Shown here: positions 38,965-51,066 of the stretch, piece by piece
Position numbering within the stretch: position 1 is the first letter of the stretch
Layout of the letters: every line of letters starts with the position of its first letter
Assembly (NCBI RefSeq): GCF_030028105.1
Contig: NC_092375.1
Location: 145,761,415 to 145,825,414, forward strand
Length of the DNA stretch: 64,000 nucleotides
DNA from: Mobula birostris
Taxonomy: Eukaryota
Direction of reading: 5' to 3'
Position numbers and translations under genes: made by a program
Notes under the pieces: model-generated
What the model was told of the DNA's origin: nothing
Seen by the model: the letters and a program-made list of their open reading frames with translations, nothing else
Databases searched by the model: none

Positions 38965-41345
38965 TGTTGACCATTCATCCACGGTACTAGATGAGGAAAC
39001 TCACTACACAAACCGTAATTAATGGGCACTGGCAGTTTATTGTCTCTGCACAAACAACAATGTGACTATGTTGACCTCATGTCAACAACGTAGAACATGA
39101 ATCCTACTGTTTTGTCACTCATAGCACTTTTCTAATTTGTAACACCGAAATAGGGGATCTCCGTTAGCCAGATATCAATCCTTTCTTCACCCAGCCCCTG
39201 TGTGGGGGTTCTTCCTGTAATAGTGGATCCCTTCTCGTAGAGCCCACTTTTATATTCGTTCCTTACCAATTCAAATATTGCATTTCAGTGTCATTGGCTG
39301 TAGTTCAAGGGTCTGACATTTAACACCTTTTTATTGGCTCTGTTCCAGGCTCACATCCATTTATTGCCCTCTTCCCAGCAAGTGACAATCAATAATTTAT
39401 TGCTCTTTGTTCTCTTCAGTAACCAGCTCAAATCACTCCAGGCAGGCACCAACCCCAGCATTCGCAAACCTGAATGTTATATTACAGGTTTCCCCCGCCA
39501 TCGGAAGGTAGAGCGTTCCTATGAAACCGTTTGTAAGCCGAAATGTCGTAAAGCGAAGAAGCAATTACCATTTATTTATATGGGAAAATTTTGTGAGCGT
39601 TCGCAGACCCAAAAATAACCTACCAAATCATGCCAAATAACACATAAAACCTAAAATAACAGTAACATATAGTAAAAGCAGGAATGATATGATAAATACA
39701 CAGCCTATATAAAGTAGAAATACTTTTCCACAATCATTACTGAACTGTTCTCCGGAGCGAAAATTTCATGCAAGCGCCGTCGGCAGAAAATCTCACGCAA
39801 GCGCTGTTGGCAAAAACACGGTGCAAGCGCTCTCCAGTAATCTTTAAGCTATGAAGCTGCCAAATCATATCAAATAACACGTAAAATTACACAGCCGATA
39901 TAAAGTAGAAATAATGTATGTACAGTGTGGTATCACTTACCGGAATCCGGACAGCACAGAGCACACTGATGATGGTGTGTAGGCTGAGTCGTCGCAGGCT
40001 GGGTGGTGCAGTGGCCCCCACCCTCCGGGCCACCGACCGATACATTGCCGCGAAGAACGCAGGGGTCCAGCGGTAGCCGGGACGCACCCAGCACATCTTT
40101 AAGAAAAAAACCGAAATAAACATGCTAATTAATTACGTGCTGCCCAACATGTAATTGTCGGCCCAGATCAGTACCGATTGCCGATTACATCGCCTCTGAC
40201 CTGGGCCGACGATTACGTGTGGGGCAGCACCTAATTAATCAGCATGTTTATTTCGGCTTTTTTCTTAAAGTTGTGCTGTGTGCCTCCCGGCTACTGCTGC
40301 ATTCTCCGCGAATCGGTACAGTATCTGTCCGGGGCCTGGGTGTTGGGGTGGTGGGACATGGGGGTGGCATCTCATCGTCAATCAGGGCTGGCAGCTCATC
40401 TTCTTCTATGACTCCCGCCTCGATGTCGAAGGTCGAGGTTCGTCGTCTGCTGTGGCTGATGCGGAAGGCTTGCTTGACTGCTGAGCCGCGCATATTTTTC
40501 TATCATACAGTTCTGTGTAAGGACTCAAAGAATCTTGCAAATATCCCCAAAACATAGGTACCGGTTCTAAATTAAAGTCGTACTTTATCATTACTCATTC
40601 GGTTTCGATTGTTATCCTTTCCTCTTCTAATTGCATCAGCTCTTCATCTATCAGTTCTTGGTCATGGGATGCCAAAACCTCTTCAACATCATCTTCATCA
40701 GCTTCCACAAGCCAAACTCATTTTGTCCTTGCTTTGTTCACCACGACCGAAACGCTTAATTATGTCTAGTTTTATGCTAAGTGTAACACCCTTATGAGCT
40801 CTTTCAGGCTTTTCCGACACCATGGAACTCATCTTGAAAATGACCTCTCACAGGCTTGCATTAAAGAAATGCTGGTGAGAATGCCGTTCCGAATCCAGGG
40901 GGAGTGGCTGCTCGGGGCGCGTGCTGCTTTTTATCGCTTGGTGATTTTTTTCGCGCGCTGAATTTTTTTCGTAACACTGAAAACACCTTCTGAAAGCGAA
41001 AACAGGGTATTAATGTAGGTCTTTCGTAACAGTGAGGTTTCGTAAAGTGAACGTTCGAAAAGCGGGGGACACCTGTATATCAAAACACCTCACAAATTAA
41101 TTCTCATTTGGCAATTACCTCTAATCCAGCAGATTCCTGAAGCAACATTGTGTTTTTTCTAAAACACAAAAAGCAAAGCAACTTTATCTCACAAAATAGA
41201 AAACATAAAACAGTTCCACAAAATGGCAGCCTCCACCTCTGACTACATGGCAGGAACAAAGGCAATTGATCTGTCTGCTTCCACTGTGCTTGACACATTC
41301 GAGTTTGATGTTTTCTTTCATATTTTAAATGCTCCATGGTCAACA
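38965..41345 (-). mobile_element. Solo LTR (~790 bp net of nested Tigger) inserted in pseudo-exon A
   Basis: Termini TGTTGACCAT...ATGGTCAACA (perfect 10-bp inverted repeat); 4-bp TSD gggt/gggc. Minus-strand CCAAT (39333-39337, 39293-39297), TATAAAA (39248-39254) and AATAAA (39036-39041) occur in U3-R-U5 order. Confidence 0.75.
39485..41075 (-). mobile_element. Tigger/pogo-family non-autonomous DNA transposon (internal deletion derivative, 1591 bp)
   Basis: TIRs CAGGTTTCCCCCGC / GCGGGGGACACCTG; TA TSD; empty site in the paralogue. Minus-strand remnants of the N-terminal HTH (KGVTLSIKLDIIKRFGRGE) and the acidic C-terminus (EADEDDVEEVLASHDQEL). DDE core absent. Confidence 0.9.
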
Positions 41346-41863
41346 GGGCAGACATTGGGGTGGGGGGCAGGTGATGGAATTGTTGGATGACTGTCCCACT
41401 GTCTACGATCGTTTCCGTTACCATGACATCCACTCCTGTTAGGTGATGGATGTTACTGGATCTTCTATGAATATCCCAACTACAGGAGCCAGCAGTACTT
41501 CCTGAGACCTAGGAAGCCCATGATATACAGTGTCTGGGTTGCTCAGCTACTTGAGCAACTTCTAGGCAGCTACTGTAAAGCATAATGCTGTCTAGAGTAA
41601 GGCTTGGTGGACTTAGATAAAATAGCCTTTCGTAAGTTATCAATTCTGTGCTTTGAATTTTCTTGAACCCGTATACAATCTTCTATAAGTTTCACTACAG
41701 TGATTTGACAACTTATATTTGCGGATAATATGGAATAAAGCACTCCTAGAAACTACTGCTCAAAAGAAAACAGAGACAAACTTTAATCTTCTATATTTCT
41801 AAATCTGTTTACAATTATGTGTCAGTAGATAAGATGCAACGAGTAGAAACTCACTCCTAATCA

Positions 41864-44800
41864 TGTTTGTTTTTGCAAATAAAACAAAGTGAGGTGTTTC
41901 ATGTTTAATGAAACCTGTTACAGATATTATTGAACTCCAAAACCTGAACACAAAAGCGTGCTAAGGATCCTTACGTAACAGCGTCATCACGTCAGAGAAG
42001 CCTCTTAAAGTGAAACCCTAACTCAATGTCGGCTGTTGTGAATTATGTACATTCCTCCTAATTACATCACCCTACACAGGCCCCACCCCAGAATTCACTA
42101 AAATCGGCATTATGAGCCTTTCTGGAGCTCGGCTCAGCTCCTGTATTCCATCGGTGGAGGAACTGCAGGTGCATCTGGCTTATCTAGAGGAACGCTGACA
42201 CACTCATGGTCATGTTCTGATGTCAGCAGCATGGCAGCAGAACACTCTAAATCTTGGTGGGCTGGTTTAATGTGATCTACTGAAATACAATCAGGTGTAC
42301 CCCTCTTATCCATGACAAAAGTCTTTTCTACCTGTTCCAAAACATAGAACAAGCCTTCATAAGAGGGTCTAAGGGATTGTTGGTGTGTGTCATGGTGGAC
42401 AAAAACAAACGAGGTGGAATGTAGGTTAACAGGAACCCAAAAATGTTGTACGCTATGATGGAAGGTAGGAATAGGGGAAAAGGAATTGAATTTACTGAGG
42501 AGGGTGGAATGCTATTTAGAGGCCGAACAGGCTGTTGTGGCATCAAGAATGAAAGCACATGGCACTTGTAACAGCTGCCTGTTTACCAACTCAGCTGCAG
42601 CCGACTGCAAGTTTTCTTTTGGAGCAGTTCTGAGCCTCAGCAGAACCTATGAGAGATGATTATGACTCATCAGTCAGGAGAGCCCTCAGAGCCGCCTTTA
42701 AGGAGCGGTGAAACTGCTCACATAGGCCATTGGACTGCGGGTGATATACTGTGGTGTGATGTAGCCTAACACCGAAGTTCTAGGCAGTCCAGAGGTTTGA
42801 AATGAATTGTGTGCCATGGTCAGAGGAAATATCTGATGTGACACCAAACCGAGCAACTGCTGATGAATGCCTGAGTCATGTCTGCAGCAGTTGTCAATGC
42901 TAGAGGGATAACTTCTGGCCACCTGGTGGTACGGTCCATTAAGGAAAGGAGGTAAGTGAAACCACGGGACAGGGGAAGAGGACAAACAAGGTCCACATTG
43001 ATATGGTCAAACCTCCGCTCAGGGACCTCAGAAGATGTCAATGCCACCTGAACATAATGGTTAATTTTTTTCCACTGGGACTCCCTACAAGCTGCAGTCC
43101 AATCATGCATGTCCCTTCTGAGGTCATGCCAAACAAACTTTAGTGCAACCAGTTTCTCTGTGGCTTTCCAGACCGGACGCAGAGTTCATGTCTTGATTCA
43201 AAAACAGTCCATCTCCAGTTTGCGGGCATGTTGGGGCGAGGGTGATTGGTTGAGACATCGCACAGAAGAGAAACCCTAGCTTCCCTGAACTTAATGTCAG
43301 CCAGCTGCAGGTCCGTGAGAGCTGTTCAGTAAGCATGGACCTCTGAGTCAGTAACCTGGTTGGCAACTCCTATGTGAACGGCCCCAGTGGCTGGCCGTGA
43401 GATGCAATCAGTCATGGCAATATTTTTCCCCTAGTTATGCTGTATATCAGTTGTGAACTCACATACGTAGGGCAGGTGGTGTAACTGTCATGCAGACCAA
43501 GATTCTGATATTTTGACCATCTTGCGCAGGAAAGGTTTGTGGTTAACGAATGCTGTGAAATGGCGACCCTCCAGAAGAAAAAGAAAATGGCGAACAGCCA
43601 GATAGAGATTGGGAAACTCATGGTCGAATGCGCTGTGCTTCCTCTCGATGGAGTGGAGCTGCCAACTGAAGAAGGTGAGCGGCTGACACACTCCTCCAAC
43701 CAGCTGTTCACGCACAGCACCCACAGCATAGTCTGAGGCATCAGTAGCAATGGCTATGGATATGCTGGGAACCGGATGCACCACTAGGCTCGCATTAGAA
43801 AGTGCACATTTGGTAATGTCAAATGCCCTGGTTATGTCTGCTGATTAGTCAAGCACTTGATCGGGGTATTGCCTTTAAGTGCACTATACAGGGAGAGCAT
43901 AATGTAGTGTGGGGAAATCTAAAGCAGTGGCTACTTTACATGGGAGGGGTTTCGCACCCTCCCTGGAGATGCGATGGCCGAGAAAGTCATGGGTGACAAC
44001 CCAAACTGGCATTTAGCAGGTTTAATAATCAACCCGTGTTGGCTTAAGCACTTGAAAAGTGTGCGGAGTTTCAGATTGGTATGCACTGGTGACAGGTATG
44101 TCACCCAGGTAAAGATAAAGAAAATCGAAGTCTTTTAATTGAGAATCTATCAGCCACTGGAAAGCGAACAACAGGAATTCTGCAGATGCTGGAAATTCAA
44201 GCAACATACATCAAAGTTGCTGGTGAACGCAGCAGGCCAGGCAGCATCTCTAGGAAGAGGTGCAGTCGACGTTTCAGGCCGAGACCCTTCGTCAGGACTA
44301 ATGATTGGAAAGTTTCTGGAAAGTTTCTGTTGCATTTTTCAGTCCAAACTGCATGTGCAGAAACACAAAAAATCCAAACAGGGTTATCACAGCTGCTTTG
44401 GGAACTTCGGAAAAAATTAACTTTTTGGCTAAATGTGCCAAAAAATCTTGGATGTGTGGCACTGGGTAACGATCGGAGGTAGTGGCTTCGTTCAGGTGTT
44501 GGTAATCTCCACATAGGCAGCAACCACTATCAGATTTAGGCACCAGATGGAGGGAGAAGCCCAGGGGCTACTCGAACAGTGTACAATGCTGAGTTTTTCC
44601 ATGTTGACAAACTCAGCCTTGGCGGTTTCCAGCTTTTCTGGGTTCAGTCTATGCGCGCAGGCTTGGATTGCTGGGCCAGTTGAGGGAATATGGTGCTTGT
44701 CACCATGTTTTGCGACTGTAGTGGAGAATGTAGGCTTGGTGAGGTTTGGGAATTTGACCAACATCGAGCAAGCTCATATGTGGTGGTGCGTGCGATTGGC

Positions 44801-46064
44801 AGAGTCATTGTGAGGAACTTACTGTGGGAGCAGGGTAATGACCTAAAGCCCTTGACATCTACAAGCCGGCAGTCTTAAGATTGACTAATAGTCCTTGGGC
44901 ATACAGGAAATCTGCACCGAGCAGGGGTCGAGCCACTTTAGCCAGGACGAAATCCCATGTCACCCAATGCATCACCCGTCGTGTCCTGTGAGTCTGGATC
45001 CTGCTGCCGTTGGCGGCCTCCAGTGAGGTTTCGTCACCCTCTGCCTTCTCATCAACAGGCGATGCTGGCAGTGCACCAACTTGAATACCTGTATCACATA
45101 AGAAATGTCAACCCGAAATGGTGTCTGTAATGAACAGTCCATGCCCCTGGCAATTGGAGCCCATGGTGGTCACAGATCTCTGATATCCCGATGTGCTGGT
45201 ACTGTCAAAGTTGCAAGGTGATTGGCAATTCCTCGCATTCGTTCCAAAGCGACTGTGGTAAAAACACAGACACGGAGCAGTCTATTTCCTGGTGTTGGGG
45301 GCCTTGCTGCCCGGGCTTATTGAGGTAGGGAGAGGAGGAGGAATAACGCACCTCTGCCTAGTAGAGTGGAGATTATCAGACATTTTAACAAGTTCTCTGT
45401 AATCCTTCATGGGTGCATTAGCAGGGGCATTGCGAACTTGCTGAGGAATTCGCTACATGAAGGGTTCTTTAAAAATAATATAAAGATGGTGATTTCCCAG
45501 GAGAGACAGCATGTGGTCCGTTAGCCCCAATGGTCTAACAATGCTGAGACTGGGTAGGGAGAGCAATTGTTTGGTTGGTGTGCTCGGACTCTGATAGTCC
45601 AAAAGTCTGTAAAAGTTGAGTTTTCAGCAAATAGTATTTATGGTGTACAGGCGGGTGTTCAAATAGAATCACCACTCTCACGGTCGTGGAATTGCTGAGC
45701 AATGCTACCACATCGTATAATTTGGTGTCACTGGCAGTAATTTCTCGCAGAGCAAATTAAGCCTCTGCTTGTACAAACCAAGCAATGGCATTTTGCTCTA
45801 AAATCTTCGGCATTTTCAAAGCGAATTGTCCCAGAGGATTGGGGTCACTAACGCAGGTTTCCAGAAATAAAATGTAGTGAGGTGTTTTATATTTAATGAA
45901 AACCGTAACACGTTTTATTGAACTCCAAAACCTAAACACAAAAGCACACTAAAAATCCTTACTTAACAATGTTATCACCTCAGACCAGCCTCTTAAAGCG
46001 AAACCCCAACTCAATGTCGGTGTTTCTGAATTATGTACATTCCCCCCAATCACGTTACCCTACA
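41864..46064 (-). mobile_element. Gypsy/Ty3 LTR retrotransposon A, degenerate, both LTRs present (41864-42076, 45852-46064)
   Basis: ~213-bp direct repeats ending CCTACA; ATCA TSD; PBS-like tagtgacccc; PPT ggggtgggg. Gag AWFVQAEA, protease FLCDTG, RT SSPWASP and DRYPVPHIQDF, RNase H TDASDYAVGAV, integrase FDHINVDLVCPLP. Many stops and frameshifts. Confidence 0.9.
44263..44300 (-). ncRNA. Type I minimal hammerhead ribozyme motif in a short pLTR-only insertion (~44166-44300)
   Basis: Minus strand reads TAGTC-CTGACGA-AGGGTCTCGGCCT-GAAAC-GTC-GACTG, with a GUC cleavage triplet. Confidence 0.72.
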
Positions 46065-46354
46065 ATCATACCCGCTATGTACAATGGCGGTGTTGACACA
46101 CTGTACTCCATTTCCAAAGCAAAATTCTAATAAATTCCACAGAACTGAACTTTGAAAGTGAAGATCAGTGCAGATTTTTTGCTGTCTCCTGCACAGGTGT
46201 GGATGGACAATCTCCAGCTCACTCTATCATTGTTTTATAGTCAAAGACGAATATTCCCAGATTCAATGTCAGCACAGAAATCCTTCAATTGGCCCCACCA
46301 GTTTTACAGCACAAGGTGATCCTAGTCTTATTGTGAACGTTCAACAGAGGTTGC

Positions 46355-49300
46355 TGTTGTAATGTGAGCATTATTAAAAGTAAGTTAATACTAATTAGGA
46401 TAATGGGTGGGGGTTTACTTCCGTTCTTTGACTTCCGGTGTGCTTTGTATATAGTGTTCCTGCCATGCCGTACGGGTTGTGAAACCCTCTGTATATACCT
46501 ATCGGTTTTGAAGTTTGAGGTAAAGTTGTTTCTTTGGCATGAAGTTGTCGAGTGTACCCTTTTCAAGCTAGAAGTTGCTACATATTTTTGGCGAGGAGGT
46601 GAACTGGCTTTGTGAACGTATCGGCACGTTTTTCGAACGGGAGCTTTGCATTTCAGATGGTGACGTTTGGAACTATCGATGAATTTCTGGAAGGAAACAA
46701 GGACTGGCCAGAATATGAGGAAAGGTTGGGACACTTTTTCTGTGCTAATGGAGTTACTGAGGAGGCTAATAAACACACTATTCTCCTGAGTGTGTGTGGG
46801 GCAAAGACTTACAAGCTAATAAGGAATTTAGCCACACCGCAGAAACCGGGGGACATTCCATATGACGAACTGGTCAAGCTTGTGGGGAACCACTACAATC
46901 CGAAACCTTCTGTTTTAGTGCAACGGTGTAAGTTTCACAGTTGAATCAGGAAGCCAGGTCATTCTGTGGCCAATTTCATGGCTGAGCTTTGGCAGCTGTC
47001 GGAGCGTTGTGATTTCGGAGCGGTGTTCGATGACATGCTCCGTGATAGATTGGTATGCGACATTAATAATGACGACATACAACGCCGCCTGTTAAGGGAA
47101 ACCTCACCACTGACTTTCAGGAAAGCCTTAGAGATTGCCCAAGGCATGGAGATGGCTGCTAATAATGTCAAGGATATCCAGGAAGGACATGGGGGGGGTC
47201 GCAGTCGGCAGCAGTGCACCAAGTCAGGAGGGAGACTGGTAAACAGGCAAAGCAGGTGGAATGTTTCCGATGTGGAGGGACACACTATGCAAATGGTTGC
47301 AAATTCAAAGACACTGTCTGCCATGCTTGTAGCAAAAAGGGACATTTAGCTAAAAAGTGCAGAAGTTCAAAGGGTAAGATTAAGCCTGGGCAGGGGAAAG
47401 CTCAACAGGCTCAGGCAGCCACACACCACCTAGAAGAAGCAGATGAAGAGGCAGCGTGTGCCAACATGTTTGCAGTGGAAACAGATGAGGAATCACCTGA
47501 ACCATATTATGCCACAGTCACTGTCAGGGGAAAGGACATTAAATCTGAGATTGATTCAGGGGCTACTGCATCGGTCATTAGTGAGGAGACCTACAGGAGG
47601 ACATGGGGTCCAACCTGCCTCCCATTAGACTGTCAAAGCTCAAACTTTATACGGGGCAGCCCATACTTCATTTAGGGGTGTTATATGTGGACATTTCAGC
47701 CAGGGGTCAGAGAGCTGAAGCCAGGCTAGTGATAGCTAAGGGCAGAGGACCCAGTCTTTTGGGTCGCGTTTGGCTTCGCAAAATCCGGCTAAGCTGGCAT
47801 GAAATTAAGTATGCACACACGACGGAGGACATTCTGCAGCGGTATAGTGACGTTTTCAGGGATGAGCTAGGAACACTGAAGGGCGTGACAGTAAAACTCC
47901 ATGTCGGCCCTGGGGCTACACCACATTTTTTTAAGCCCAGGTCGGTGCCCTATGCCATGAAAAGCAAAGTCGAGGAGGAGCTGGAACATTTACAGAGGCT
48001 GGGCATTATTGAGTCCATCCAGTTTTCAAGGTAGGCGGCTCCCATTGTTCCAGTTTTGAAGGCAGACAAAACGGTGAGGATATGTGGGGATTATAAACTT
48101 ACGGAGAATCAGGTCTCTAGGTTGGAGGAGTACCCATTGCCACGGGTGGATGACCTGTTTGCGACCCTGTTAGGGGGTAAGCTGTTCACAAAGCTGGACA
48201 TGAGCCACGCCTACCAACAGCTGCTGCTCAGCAAGGATTCAAAGGAGTACGTCACAATTAATACACAAAAGGGATTATTCAAGTACAATCGCCTGGTGCT
48301 TGGAGTGGCGTCCAGCCCTGCCATTTTCCAAAGGACCATGGACACTTTGCTGCAGGGGATTCCACAATTCCACACGTAGCAGTGTACCTTGATGATATTT
48401 TGATCATGGGGGCTACGGAGGTGGAGCATCTGGCTAATTTAGAATGGGTGTTGAAGAGGCTCTCAGACACAGGGCTGTGGTTGAAATGTGGAAAATTTGT
48501 GTTCCTGGCATCGAGTGTGACTTACCTGGGACACAAGATCACAGCTGAGGGGCTTTGTCCTGTGGAGGACAAAGTGAGAGCTATTAAGGAAGCCCCAAGC
48601 CCTAAGACTGTCATGGAACTCAGATCATTTTTGGGCATGGTGAATTATTATGGCAAGTTTCTTCCTGACCCCTCAAGGGTTTTGACCCCACTGTATAAGC
48701 TGCTTCACAATGACACTAAGTGGCAGTGAGGTGAAGAGCAGGAGAAAGCTTTCAAGGAAGTGAAAGAACTTCTCCACTCAGCGAAGCTGCTTGTTCACTA
48801 TGACCCAGACAAGGAGATCACCCTGGCATGTGATGCCTCGCCCTATGGAGTCGGGGCAGTTCTCTCCAATGTAATGGAGGACCATTCAGAGAAGCCTATT
48901 GGTTTTGCTTCATGTACCCTGACATGCTGAGAAGGGATATTCACAGCTAGACAAAGAAGGTCTGGCCATTGTTTTTGCGGTCAAATGCTTTCCTCAGTAC
49001 CTTTATGGACGCATATTTACAATTTATACGGACCATAAACCACTGATGAGCCTGTTCAGTGAGACTAGATGCATCCCATTGCTAGCCTCAGCCAGGGTAC
49101 AATGTTGGTCTCTTACATTGTCAGCCTACCAGTACACTATAGTGTACAGAGCGGGTGGGAATAATTCAAACGCCGATGCACTGAGTCGACTACCTTTATC
49201 TGAGACACCTGATACTGCATATGTGCCTCCAGAGACTGTGTTTTCATTGGAGAGGCTGTCAGAGATACCTGTAAAGGCAAACCAGATCAGGCAATGGACA

Positions 49301-51066
49301 GAGAGGGACCTGGTCCTGTCCCAGGTCAAGACTTTTCTTTTGCAAGGTTGGCCCAGAGTCATGGAAGGAGAGGAACTGAGGCCTTATGCCAAACGCAAGA
49401 CAGAACTCAGTCTGCAGGATGGCTGCATTTTCTGGGGGGGTGAGGGTCATTGTGCCTCCCCCTGGCCGTTCATAGATTGTGGAGGAAGTTCATGAGACTC
49501 ATCCAGGGGTGTCTCAGATGAAAAGCCTTGCAGGATCCTATGTCCGGTGGCCAAGAATGGATCAGGATCTGGAGAACAAGGTAAGATCATGTGCGCAATG
49601 TCAGACTAATCAGAATACGCCACCACCGGCTCCTTTGCACCTATGGGAGTGGCCAGACCATCCCTGGTCTAGGCTACATTTGGACTTTGCTGGCCCTTTT
49701 ATGGGGCAGATGTTTCTTGTAATGGTAGATGTGCATTCCAAATGGATGGAAGCTCACATCATGAGCAACATCACAGCCCCCTCAACCACAGACAAACTCA
49801 GGCAAGTGTTTGGAGTCCACGGGTTGCCTGACACTCTGGTCACTGATAATGGCCCGATGTTCACCAGTGAACTGTTCAGTGAGTTCATGCAGCAGAATGG
49901 CATTCATCACATTCAGACGGCCCCTTTCCACTCAGCCTCCAGTGGTTTGGCTGAGTGGGCTGTTCAGACAGTGAAGGAAGGCCTGAAGTGGATGACAGGG
50001 GACTCTCTTAGCATGCAGCTTTCACGTTTCCTGTTTAAATACCACCTCACACCACAGACTACGACTGCCCGCACTCCAGCAGAGATGCTGATGGGGTGTA
50101 GGCCCAAGTCAAGATTGGACCTGCTGCACCCGGACATGAAGGCAAAAGTGGAGAGAAAGCAGGAAAAGCAGAAGGAGGGACATGATCAACATGTGCGAGA
50201 GAGACAGTTAAAACCGGATGACAATGTCTATGTGAGAAACAATCAGCAATGGCTGCCTGGGGTTATTCTTAAGCAGAGTGGTCCCGTCTCCTATGTTGTT
50301 AAGCTGACTGATGGGCGTGTTTTCCGCAGACATCAGGACCATGTGCGCCTGCGTCATGATACTGGCTTAGAGGCAGACAGTTCCATGGAGTTTCCATTTG
50401 TGAGACAGACTACGGTGGAAGCATGTCCACCAGTGACTTTGCCAGAAGGAGAGACGCTGGCAGAGGGGTCGGGGTCCCCTGAGGAGGATGGACATTCTCA
50501 CGCAGACGCACAGACCCCTCTCATGCCCCCAACACCAGATCCACGCAAAACACCCTCACCAGTGGTGCCTGCTGGGTCACCGGGGGTAGTGTGCAGATCA
50601 CAGCACACTGGTAAACCTCCTGACAGACTGAATCTTTGACGGGACAGTATTTTTTTGTTGTTGTTAGATTGAATGTTGAATCTGTCACATTTTCCAGATG
50701 TTTTGTATTGATAAACTGTTGCTGAGATACTAGTATAAGTTTTCAGGGGTACGCAAGTTAATAACACCACTGTTTTTATTTCCCAGTTTTTACATTTGGG
50801 GAATGTTGGATTTTAAAGGGGGAGAAGCGTTGTAATGTGAGCATTAGTAAAAGCAAGTTAATACTAATTAGGATAATGGGGGGGGGGGCGGGCGGTGTTA
50901 CTTTCGTTCTTTGACTTCTGGTGTGCTTTTTATATGGTGTGCCTGCCATGCCGTACGGGTTGTGAAAAGCCTCTGTATATACATAGTGGTTTTGAAGTTC
51001 GAGATAAAGTTGTTTCTTTGGCACGAAGTTGTCGAGTGTGCCTCTTTCAAAGTAGAAATTACCACA
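46355..51066 (+). mobile_element. Gypsy/Ty3 LTR retrotransposon B (Mag-like), full length but inactivated; LTRs 46355-46582 and 50828-51066
   Basis: LTRs (T/C)GTTGTAATG...ACA, roughly 90% identical by eye; 5-bp TSD gttgc/gttgt; PBS-like TGGCGAGGAG; PPT aaagggggagaag. Gag with two CCHC knuckles, protease IDSGA, RT YLDD, RNase H CDASPYGVGAVL, HHCC-DDE integrase. Several stops and frameshifts. Confidence 0.95.

Larger units (their letters stand above)
38923..41538 (+). pseudogene. Orphan gamma-crystallin exon-3 pseudogene, copy A (pieces 38923-38964 and 41346-~41538), split by a solo LTR
   Basis: Acceptor ttattccag then TAT TGA (CGA>TGA). After the LTR: gtgatggaattgttggatgactgtcccactgtctacgatcgtttccgttaccatgacatccactcctgtTAG... 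with an in-frame stop and indels. No exon 1 or 2 seen upstream. Confidence 0.9.
33654..42573 (+). repeat. Segmental duplication unit (gene 4 intron 2 to Gypsy A); paralogous to 55077-63693
   Basis: Colinear long intron 2, exon 3, 3' flank, pseudo-exon, solo LTR and Gypsy LTR, offset by about 21-23 kb. Confidence 0.88.

Noticed and set aside
38965-41345. DNA transposon interpretation of the 10-bp terminal inverted repeats
   Set aside because: TG...CA ends, a 4-bp TSD and the CCAAT-TATA-AATAAA order fit a solo LTR better.
49479-50639. 386-aa integrase ORF as a domesticated gene
   Set aside because: It lies inside an LTR-flanked element whose gag, RT and RNase H are broken, and it shows the same decay-type substitutions.
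50878-50897. G-run / possible G-quadruplex (also ~31185-31205)
   Set aside because: A homopolymer expansion absent from the sister LTR; no sign of function.
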